13,262 nucleotides of DNA from Myxococcota bacterium (GTDB lineage: Bacteria; Myxococcota; UBA4151): assembly GCA_040260805.1 (NCBI GenBank), contig JBDQPD010000099.1, positions 1 through 13,262 on the forward strand, read 5' to 3'. Numbering within the stretch: the stretch's first letter is position 1; every line of letters starts with the position of its first letter. The position numbers were made by a program, and so were the translations under genes. Under the pieces are notes generated by a model. The model was given only the letters and a program-made list of their open reading frames with translations, was not told the origin of the DNA and did not search any database. Of this stretch, positions 1 to 7,564 are shown one piece after another.

Positions 1-1
1 T

Positions 2-2173
2 CGAGAGCTCCACGGACAATGCCTTTTTGAGCACGACAAAGAGAAGCAGCAAATCCTCTTGGATCTCAAAGCAAAGCATCCGGACAAGCGGGTTATGCTC
101 GTGTCTGAAAAAGGCACGATGGGCGTGGGTTCGTCGCGGATGTCTGGTGTAAACAATGTGGCGCTTTGGACGGGTATCCAGTCGAGCCCCTACGTGCCCT
201 TCATCAACATTGCGCCCATTGTCGGCGGAACCAACGGCATCTCCCCTATCTTTCTGACGACCGTCGGTGTGACGGGCGGCATCGGCGTCGACCTGGGGAA
301 CTGGGTCAAAAAGCTAGACGCTGAGGGTGAACCGGTCATGGATGAAGACGGCGAACCAGAGCTTGAGCAGTTGTTCTCAATCGATACCGGGACGGTCCTA
401 ACGATCAACACCCAGACGAAGAAGCTCTACAACGAGGACGGTACGCAGGAGCTGTGTGACATCGCCAGTGCGCTAACCCCTCAAAAGCTCGAATTTATTA
501 GGGCTCAAGGCTCCTATGCGGTGGTCTTTGGTAAGAAGCTACAATCCACCGCCGCCGCCATCCTAGGGATCGAGGTTCCTAAGGTCTTTGCGACCTCGAA
601 AGAGATCTCTCATGAGGGTCAAGGGCTCACGGCGGTTGAGAAGATTTTCAACAAGAACGCAGTGGGCGTGACGCCGGGTGCTGTGCTCCATGCTGGCTCT
701 GATGTCCGGGTCCAAGTCAACATCGTAGGCTCGCAAGATACGACCGGTTTGATGACCTCACAAGAGCTAGAGATGATGGCAGCGACCGTCATCTCGCCGA
801 CGGTCGACGGCTCGTACCAATCGGGTTGTCACACCGCATCGGTCTGGGACCGCAAGGCGCAGCGTAACATCCCCAAGCTCATGAACTTCATGAACAAGTT
901 TGGCTTGATCACCGCACGCGACCCGAAGGGCGCATACCACCCCATGACGGACGTGATCCACAAGGTGCTCAATGACCTCACGGTCGACGACTGGGATGTG
1001 ACCATCGGCGGAGACTCGCACACCCGCATGTCCAAAGGAGTGGCTTTTGGAGCGGACTCGGGAACGGTGGCGCTTGCGCTCGCCACCGGCGAAGCGACCA
1101 TGCCGATTCCGCAATCCGTCAAGGTCACCTTTAAGGGAACCCTGAAGGACCACATGGACTTTCGTGATGTCGTGCATGCGACCCAAGCTCAGATGCTCAA
1201 AGCCTTCGACGGCGAGAACGTTTTTCAGGGCAAGATCATCGAGGTGCACATCGGCACCTTGCTCGCCGATCAGGCGTTCACTTTTACCGACTGGACGGCA
1301 GAGATGAAGGCGAAGGCCTCGATCTGCATCTCAGAGAGCGACACCTTAGCCGAGTCGCTCAAGATCGCTCAGAGCCGTATCCAGATCATGATCGATAAGG
1401 GGATGGACAACGACAAGGCCGTTCTACAAGGCTTGGTCGACAAAGCTGAGCGGCGCATCGCCGAGTTGAAGTCCGGCGCAAAGCCGGCGCTTACGCCAGA
1501 TTCAAACGCCAAATACTCTGCTGAGTTCGTCGTCGACCTCGACCAGATCAACGAGCCGATGATCGCCGATCCAGATGTCCATAATGACGACGTCTCGAAA
1601 CGCTATACACACGACACCATCCGCCCGATCTCTTTCTATGGCGGAACCAAACCCGTCGATCTTGGCTTCATCGGGTCCTGTATGATTCACAAAGGGGACA
1701 TGAAGATCCTGGCGCAGATGCTCAAGAACATCGAGCGGCAGCAAGGCACCGTTAAGTTCAACGCACCCTTGGTCGTTGCCCCACCCACCTACAACATCGT
1801 CGACGAGCTCAAAGCCGAAGGCGACTGGGATGTCCTGCAGAAGTACTCGGGCTTTGTCTTTGACGATGACGCACCCAAAAACAACGCTCGGACAACGTAC
1901 CAGAACATGATGTATCTTGAACGACCGGGCTGTAATCTCTGCATGGGCAACCAAGAAAAAGCGGCTAAGGGTGATACCGTCATGGCGACCTCAACGCGCC
2001 TGTTTCAAGGGCGTGTGGTCGCTGACTCTGAGGAAAAGACGGGCGAATCACTGCTCGCCTCTACGCCGGTCGTTGTCTTGTCGAGCATCTTAGGTCGCAC
2101 GCCGAATATCGACGAATACGTGGCGGCAGTCGAGGGCATCAAGCTCACCAACTACGCCCCGCCCGTCCAATAG
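2..2173 (+). CDS. acnB: Bifunctional aconitate hydratase 2 / 2-methylisocitrate dehydratase (AcnB), 5'-truncated by the window edge
   Basis: The frame is open from position 2 (RELHGQCLFEHDKEKQQILLDLK...), so the TTG at 59 is internal. AcnB motifs present: GVGSSR, SQDTTG, QSGCHTA, GGDSHTR, GSCM and PGCNLCMGNQ (three [4Fe-4S] Cys ligands), TSTRLFQGR. Stop TAG at 2171-2173. Confidence 0.97.
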   Translation, partial: RELHGQCLFEHDKEKQQILLDLKAKHPDKRVMLVSEKGTMGVGSSRMSGVNNVALWTGIQSSPYVPFINIAPIVGGTNGISPIFLTTVGVTGGIGVDLGNWVKKLDAEGEPVMDEDGEPELEQLFSIDTGTVLTINTQTKKLYNEDGTQELCDIASALTPQKLEFIRAQGSYAVVFGKKLQSTAAAILGIEVPKVFATSKEISHEGQGLTAVEKIFNKNAVGVTPGAVLHAGSDVRVQVNIVGSQDTTGLMTSQELEMMAATVISPTVDGSYQSGCHTASVWDRKAQRNIPKLMNFMNKFGLITARDPKGAYHPMTDVIHKVLNDLTVDDWDVTIGGDSHTRMSKGVAFGADSGTVALALATGEATMPIPQSVKVTFKGTLKDHMDFRDVVHATQAQMLKAFDGENVFQGKIIEVHIGTLLADQAFTFTDWTAEMKAKASICISESDTLAESLKIAQSRIQIMIDKGMDNDKAVLQGLVDKAERRIAELKSGAKPALTPDSNAKYSAEFVVDLDQINEPMIADPDVHNDDVSKRYTHDTIRPISFYGGTKPVDLGFIGSCMIHKGDMKILAQMLKNIERQQGTVKFNAPLVVAPPTYNIVDELKAEGDWDVLQKYSGFVFDDDAPKNNARTTYQNMMYLERPGCNLCMGNQEKAAKGDTVMATSTRLFQGRVVADSEEKTGESLLASTPVVVLSSILGRTPNIDEYVAAVEGIKLTNYAPPVQ

Positions 2174-2301
2174 AAGCGGCGTGAAGGGCTTGTGATCGGC
2201 GGTGAAATGGTGACCCTTTAAGATTTATCGTCAAGCCAGCTTGAGCGTATGACCCGGCTGGCTCACACTGTCGCCATCAACAAACCGTTCGGAGCGGCTT
2301 G

Positions 2302-3183
2302 ATGCCTCTCGAGACCCCTTTGTCCAAGAAGCTAGGCTTACGTTATCCCATCGTCTGCGCGCCGATGTTTATCATCTCGAACAAGGAGATGCTCCTCGCT
2401 TGCGCAGAAGCGGGCATCTTAGGGTCGATGCCCTCGCTCAATGCACGAACGATCGAGGATCTGCGCGCCGATCTCGAGTGGATCCGAAGCAAAACGGACA
2501 AGCCATTTGCCATCAATATGACCATCGGTTTGACCGACCCTGACCGCCTGCAAGAGGACGTTGCGCTGTGCGAAGAATTTGAGGTCCCCGTCTGGATCAC
2601 CAGCTACGGTAACCCCACCGAGTTTGTTCGGCGAGCCAAAGCCAAAGGGTCGACCGTCTTCCATGATGTCGTGAACTTAAAGCATGCCCTCAAAGCTGAA
2701 GCAGCTGGGGTCGACGCGATCATCGGCGTGTCTGCGGGGGCTGGCGGTCACGCGGGGAAGATCAGCCCCTACGCCCTCTATCCCTACCTCGCAGAGCACC
2801 TCAAGGTTCCCGTGATCGCTGCCGGATGCATCAGCACCGGTCGACAGATCGTCGCCTCCCTCGCGCTCGGCGCTGAGCTGGTTTATATGGGGACTCGGTT
2901 CATCGCGAGCGATGAGTGCGGTGCCGCCGACGCCTACAAGGATAAAGTGGTCGCCTGCGGTCCCGAGGATATCGTCTACACCGACAAGGTCAGCGGCGTG
3001 AACGCCAACTTCATCGCCGACACCTTACCCCTTGAAGAGACGAGCGGTTCAGAGGCTAAACGCTGGAAGGATATCTGGTCAGCGGGGCATGGTGTAGCTG
3101 AGGTGAAGGCGGTCCAACCCATTGAACAGATCGTCGATGATTTAGTACGCGAATACCACGATGCGCTCCAGGCGCTGTCCTAG
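2302..3183 (+). CDS. Nitronate monooxygenase / 2-nitropropane dioxygenase family FMN-dependent oxidoreductase
   Basis: YPIVCAPMF at the N-terminus, AGILG, KPFAIN, AGVDAII, GAGGHAG, PVIAAGCI, YMGTRFIAS, WKDIWSAGHGV. ATG 2302 is preferred over TTG 2299 because GGAG at 2291-2294 lies 7 nt upstream. Confidence 0.92.
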   Translation: MPLETPLSKKLGLRYPIVCAPMFIISNKEMLLACAEAGILGSMPSLNARTIEDLRADLEWIRSKTDKPFAINMTIGLTDPDRLQEDVALCEEFEVPVWITSYGNPTEFVRRAKAKGSTVFHDVVNLKHALKAEAAGVDAIIGVSAGAGGHAGKISPYALYPYLAEHLKVPVIAAGCISTGRQIVASLALGAELVYMGTRFIASDECGAADAYKDKVVACGPEDIVYTDKVSGVNANFIADTLPLEETSGSEAKRWKDIWSAGHGVAEVKAVQPIEQIVDDLVREYHDALQALS

Positions 3184-3229
3184 GCTGATCCAGCGTTGCG
3201 CTGATTTGGTGCCTGTGAGGAACTGAAAC

Positions 3230-3934
3230 ATGTCGATTGCCTTTGTCGCAGGAGCTACGGGTTACACCGGCCGTGCGGTCGTTCACGCTTTAGCCCAAGC
3301 CGGTATCGAAACCCACGCGCACGTTCGCCCCGACTCGAATCGCCTGTCCGAATGGACTGAGCAATTCACTCAGTGGGGCGCTCAAATCGACACGACGCCA
3401 TGGGATCAAGAGGCGATGACGAAGCGCCTTTCTGAACTTAACCCAAACGCAGTCTTCGGGTGCCTCGGCACCACTAAAAAGCGGATCGCTCAAGACGCAG
3501 CCAAAGGCGAGACCTCCAGCTATCAAATTGTCGATTACGGCATGACCGTGATGCTGCACCAGGCTGCTCAGAGCTGCTCGAGTGAACCACGCTTCGTCTA
3601 CGTGTCGTCTGCTGGCGCCAAGCCGGGCAGCGAGGGCAGTTACCTTGGAGCGCGCTGGGCCGTTGAGCAGGTGCTGATCCAAAGCAAGCTCCCCTACACC
3701 ATTGGGCGCCCCTGCTTCATCACCGGACCCAGCCGAGATGAGGATCGTCCGGGTGAGCGAATCGGAGCGAAGGTGAGCGACGCGATTCTGTCCGTGCTCG
3801 GTGGCCTAGGGGCGAAGAACCTACAGCAGCGCTATCGCTCAACCACCAACACGGTGCTCGGAGCAGCCCTTGCTCGGCTCGCCTTCGACTCGAGCGCCGC
3901 GCGACAAATCATTGAATCGGAGGGACTTCGGTGA
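3230..3934 (+). CDS. NAD(P)H-binding atypical SDR-superfamily protein (NAD_binding_10 / TIP30-CC3-like)
   Basis: Rossmann motif FVAGATGYTG, CLGTT, VDYG, FVYVSSAGA, Y-x3-R (YLGAR), YTIGRP. SD GAGGA at 3217-3221. Confidence 0.88.
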   Translation: MSIAFVAGATGYTGRAVVHALAQAGIETHAHVRPDSNRLSEWTEQFTQWGAQIDTTPWDQEAMTKRLSELNPNAVFGCLGTTKKRIAQDAAKGETSSYQIVDYGMTVMLHQAAQSCSSEPRFVYVSSAGAKPGSEGSYLGARWAVEQVLIQSKLPYTIGRPCFITGPSRDEDRPGERIGAKVSDAILSVLGGLGAKNLQQRYRSTTNTVLGAALARLAFDSSAARQIIESEGLR

Positions 3935-4012
3935 CATGTTTACCCCCCCACGAACGAGCGCATTAGAGCGCTTATACATCAAGCCCAACAGCAGCTTAAG
4001 ACAGGATCAAAA

Positions 4013-4417
4013 ATGAGCCTACTTCGTCCACTTCTCATGATTTTGTCGGTCACACTCATCGCCTGCGGAACTGACTCCGGCTCAGGGCCGGGGACCACCA
4101 TCTGCTCTGAGATGACTCGCTCCCATTGTCTGCAACAAGCCCATTGCACCCTTGAGCTCACCTACACGACGGACGATCAAGGAGAGCGTCGAGCCAACGA
4201 TGGTGTCTATCGATGCCGTGATGCCGAAGGGCCATGCGAGTTACGCAATGGGCTGACGTGTCAAGAAGTCGAGGGATGCACCGTAGTGACGGGTGAATGT
4301 TACTGCGGATGCAAAGGGTACGGACGAACGAGCGTTCCTGATGGTGATGAAGCTGGAGATTGCAACTGCGCTTGCGGCGGAGAAGAGCCGCCCGGTTGCG
4401 TTGAATCTGCGCCCTAG
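4013..4417 (+). CDS. Cysteine-rich lipoprotein of unknown function
   Basis: Signal peptide MSLLRPLLMILSVTLIA-C with lipobox LIAC, a Gly/Ser/Thr linker, then 14 further Cys. AGGA SD upstream. Fills the gap between neighbouring genes. Confidence 0.8.
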   Translation: MSLLRPLLMILSVTLIACGTDSGSGPGTTICSEMTRSHCLQQAHCTLELTYTTDDQGERRANDGVYRCRDAEGPCELRNGLTCQEVEGCTVVTGECYCGCKGYGRTSVPDGDEAGDCNCACGGEEPPGCVESAP

Positions 4418-4475
4418 AAGAAGAAGCCTGCAGAGCTCGAATGATCTGGTAAACTTGCGACAATTGGAGGACGCA

Positions 4476-5435
4476 GTGACCCATTACAACGCTCAAAATC
4501 TCGGGCTCTTCGCCGTCATTTCGAGCCTGATGGCTTGCGGCGCGGCGAGTCCAGCGCCGGGCACACCGAATCAAGGGGCAGGTGCCGACGCCGGGCCGGC
4601 GATCAACCTCCCCGATCCAGAGTACGGCTTATCAGACCAAAGCGTCGACGTGGGATCAGACACCCGAGACTATGTGCTCTACATCCCAGATTCCTACACT
4701 CACGACACCGAGACGCCGGTGATGCTCAACTTTCACGGTGGCTCCATGGATGCCAACGGCCAGCTCTTTACCTCGGATATGCGCAGCCTCGCAGACGCCG
4801 AGAACTTCATCCTCGTGTATCCCGAGGGCAGCCCTTTAGAGACGGGTGAGAGCCACTGGAACCCCCTACCACCAGGCTCTGAGGGCAAGAGCGACGCCGA
4901 CGACTTTGGTTTTGTTAGCGCCCTGCTCGATGCGCTCGAAGCCAACTACCGAATCGACACCGAGCGGGTCTACGCCACGGGCTACTCAAACGGCGCAGGC
5001 ATGGCTTACGGTTTGGCGTGTTATCTTAGCGATCGCATCACAGCGATCGCACCGGTCTCTGGGTCGATGTACGTTCAGATGCAGCGCGACTGCGCCGCCA
5101 GCCACCCCACCGCGGTGGCGATTTTTAACGGCACCAACGACTTTGCTCGCCCTTACGATGGCTACCCCGAGTGGTTCGTGCCCGTCGATGAGGCGGCGAC
5201 CTTTTGGGCAGAGCACAATCAAACCAGCACCCAGCCGCAAACGGATGAGCTCAGGAGCGGTCGGGTGACCGTGGAACGCAAAGTCTACTCAGGCGGCGAA
5301 GGTGACGTCAGCGTCGTGCGTTATAAGGTGGTCAATGGTGATCACGACTGGTTCGATCTCGATCTAGAAGGACGGAACCTGGACCAGTTGATCTGGGACT
5401 TTGTCTCGGCGCACAGCCACCAGGGGCTACGCTAG
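4476..5435 (+). CDS. LpqC / PHB-depolymerase-family alpha/beta-hydrolase (esterase), predicted lipoprotein
   Basis: RDYVLYIP, PVMLNFHGG, FILVYPEG, DDFGFV, IDTERVYATGYSNGAGM (nucleophile GxSxG), NGTND (acid), GDHDW (His). Start reassigned from 4293 to the in-frame GTG at 4476: GGAGG at 4466-4470, removal of a 125-nt overlap with the upstream gene, and a lipoprotein signal ending in LMAC. Confidence 0.9.
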   Translation: MTHYNAQNLGLFAVISSLMACGAASPAPGTPNQGAGADAGPAINLPDPEYGLSDQSVDVGSDTRDYVLYIPDSYTHDTETPVMLNFHGGSMDANGQLFTSDMRSLADAENFILVYPEGSPLETGESHWNPLPPGSEGKSDADDFGFVSALLDALEANYRIDTERVYATGYSNGAGMAYGLACYLSDRITAIAPVSGSMYVQMQRDCAASHPTAVAIFNGTNDFARPYDGYPEWFVPVDEAATFWAEHNQTSTQPQTDELRSGRVTVERKVYSGGEGDVSVVRYKVVNGDHDWFDLDLEGRNLDQLIWDFVSAHSHQGLR

Positions 5436-5447
5436 CCGTTGTTTGAG

Positions 5448-6416
5448 CTAAAAAGCTGGATCATCAACGCCCTTGAAACGATAAACGGGATCCCAATTAG
5501 GGCTTGAAGTCGGCCTCGGGAGCGAGCTTCCTAAAACCTTAGCCACGATCGTCTCACTCTCGGTCCACAGACGCTCTGCAATCGCGTCGTCATGCGCCTT
5601 GGGATGCACAGGTTCAACCGCTCGATTGTCCGAAAAATAGGTTCCCGTCACCGAAGCAAGCGAAGGATGCGTTGCGACCAAGCACTGCGTCGACGCCCCT
5701 TGCTCCGTGGTTTTAAGGTACGGTTTGAGCCGCTCATACATCGCCGCTTTATTCGGTACGTGCCGACCTAGATTCGTATCGATGACGCCTGGATGAACAG
5801 AGTTGGCTGTTCGTTGGGAGCCCTCAAAGCGTTTTGCGAGCGAGCGGGCAAACATCAGATTGGCGAGCTTACTTTGCCCGTAGGCTTTCCAGGGCTCATA
5901 ACCGCTCGCACCCGAGAGGTTGTCAAACTCAATACCTTCATCGGGTGCCATGCGGTGGGCTCCGCTCGACAACATCACGACCCTAGCATCTGAGCTCAGC
6001 TGGTCAATCAACCCAGTGACTAAGGCAAAGTGACCGATGTGGTTGGTAAAGAACTGCCGCTCAAAGCCTTCGATCTGCTGCAGGTCCTGCAGCGCCATGA
6101 TCCCAGCGTTAGCGATCAATCCGTCGATCGTTCCTAACCCACTGATCGTCTCAACAGCAGCTTGAACCGAGTGTAAATCGCTCAACTCGCACGCTACTGC
6201 GGTGCCCTCAATCGATAAATCGTCCAGAGCATTTTGCGCTTTCTCGAGCGTACGCGCCAACCCGACAATTGTTGCGCCGCGCAGAGCCAACACCCTGCAA
6301 GTTTCGTAGCCAAGACCTGAGTTGCATCCGGTCACCACGTAACGTCGACCGGTGAGGTCCAACCCTTGGGTTACCTCTTCTGCTGGCGCTTTCGAATCAA
6401 ATACTGGCTCAGTCAT
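5448..6416 (-). CDS. Classical SDR oxidoreductase, retinol dehydrogenase / WWOX / protochlorophyllide reductase-like subgroup
   Basis: TGCNSGLG cofactor motif, IANAGIM, FFTNHIGHF, VVMLSSGAH, catalytic YGQSK followed by LAN, SVHPGVIDTNL, EQGAST, GTYF, LW near the C-terminus. Confidence 0.93.
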   Translation of the reverse strand: MTEPVFDSKAPAEEVTQGLDLTGRRYVVTGCNSGLGYETCRVLALRGATIVGLARTLEKAQNALDDLSIEGTAVACELSDLHSVQAAVETISGLGTIDGLIANAGIMALQDLQQIEGFERQFFTNHIGHFALVTGLIDQLSSDARVVMLSSGAHRMAPDEGIEFDNLSGASGYEPWKAYGQSKLANLMFARSLAKRFEGSQRTANSVHPGVIDTNLGRHVPNKAAMYERLKPYLKTTEQGASTQCLVATHPSLASVTGTYFSDNRAVEPVHPKAHDDAIAERLWTESETIVAKVLGSSLPRPTSSPNWDPVYRFKGVDDPAF

Positions 6417-6618
6417 AGACGTCTCTTTGATCGTTCAATGGGCGTGAACCATGAACCCCAGGACTTGTTCGATCAAGCGCTGATCACCAAAGACAGATCG
6501 ATCGCGCAGTCTCCGCATCGGTCGAGTCGGTCGATAACGGTTAGTTCGTCGATCACGAACTTCAGATCAACAATTGGAAGCGCGAGCACAGCAAGCCCAC
6601 GCAGCCCAAAGCTCCGCC

Positions 6619-6632
6619 CAAAACCGGTTTTG
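6619..6632. promoter_or_regulatory. Perfect 14-bp palindrome CAAAACCGGTTTTG, candidate LacI-family-type operator
   Basis: Exact inverted symmetry with a central CG, in the divergent intergenic region just upstream of a TAGACT -10-like hexamer (6646-6651). The regulator is not identified. Confidence 0.4.
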
Positions 6633-6685
6633 ATGTATCGGGATTTAGACTACCAATGCGGCTGAACTTGGCGCCGAGGCTCCCG

Positions 6686-7459
6686 ATGCTAGCACAAATC
6701 ACTCGCCTATACCGGGCGTATAATTACTACGCATCACCCGACAAGTTCTTGGTTCGAAGTGCCCTGCGCGAACTCTTAGATTCACGTCGTCAATACCGCA
6801 AAGCTCTGGAAGTTGGCGCTGGTATTGCGACGCTAACCCAGCTGGTCAAATCGCATGCGCAGATCGAAACCTACATCACGTCGGACGTTGATGAGAGCGA
6901 CACCGCAGACGTTGTGTGTGATGCGCAGGACATGCCGTTTGAGGACCAGTCGTTTGATTTGATTATCTCTTTTGAAGTGATGGAGCACATCCCTGATCCC
7001 GAAGCCTTCATCTCGGAGACGGCGCGTGTACTGACGGCTGAAGGCGATGTTCTTTTCACCCTGCCTTTCATCTACGGCCGACACGACTTCCAAGATTTCC
7101 ATCGCTGGACCGAGAAGGGTTTGCATCAGATTTTTGAGCGGCATGGTCTGGCGATCAAAGCTTTGCGCAAACGTGGAGGGACAGGACTCGCAATGTCTCG
7201 GCTCTTCGTAAACTACGTGCACGACAGCGTGGCGTCGCGTCAGAGGCAATGGAGGACTAAGAGTTCACACACCAAATTGCTCCAAGCTCTGATGACGCTA
7301 ACCTTGGTTCCAGTGAATATGATCAGCTGGCTCGCTATGTTTTGGGACAAGATCTTTGATCGTGACTCAGCTAACCCGCTGGGTTTTGTGATTTTAGCGC
7401 ACAAACCCAAGGCGCTTAAGGCGTCGAGCGAAGCCAGACCATATGCCGCACGGGTTTAG
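6686..7459 (+). CDS. Class I SAM-dependent methyltransferase (Methyltransf_11-like)
   Basis: Motif I ALEVGAG, YITSD, DVVCDAQDMPFEDQSFDLIISFEVMEHIPDP, RVL, TLPF..GRH...DFHRWT. ATG 6686 has GAGG 6 nt upstream; ATG 6656 is an alternative start. Confidence 0.88.
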   Translation: MLAQITRLYRAYNYYASPDKFLVRSALRELLDSRRQYRKALEVGAGIATLTQLVKSHAQIETYITSDVDESDTADVVCDAQDMPFEDQSFDLIISFEVMEHIPDPEAFISETARVLTAEGDVLFTLPFIYGRHDFQDFHRWTEKGLHQIFERHGLAIKALRKRGGTGLAMSRLFVNYVHDSVASRQRQWRTKSSHTKLLQALMTLTLVPVNMISWLAMFWDKIFDRDSANPLGFVILAHKPKALKASSEARPYAARV

Positions 7460-7564
7460 GTATCTGCTTTGTTTGTATGCGCTTGGCTCCAAGCTTTTGG
7501 GCTCGATCGACGCCTCTATGAGGCGTGAGTTTATCGATCGAGCCATGAATCGCAGGCGCACACT

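Noticed and set aside
190..1983. Several minus-strand ORFs (60-160 aa) inside acnB
   Set aside because: Antisense shadows of a strongly conserved gene, with no recognisable motifs.
4293..4475. N-terminal extension of the 380-aa esterase ORF
   Set aside because: Overlaps the Cys-rich gene in another frame; a strong SD, GTG and lipobox at 4476 explain the gene better.
6366..6665. 99-aa + strand ORF across the divergent intergenic region
   Set aside because: TTG start inside the SDR gene, Ser/Arg-rich, no SD or motif; the region fits a divergent promoter better.
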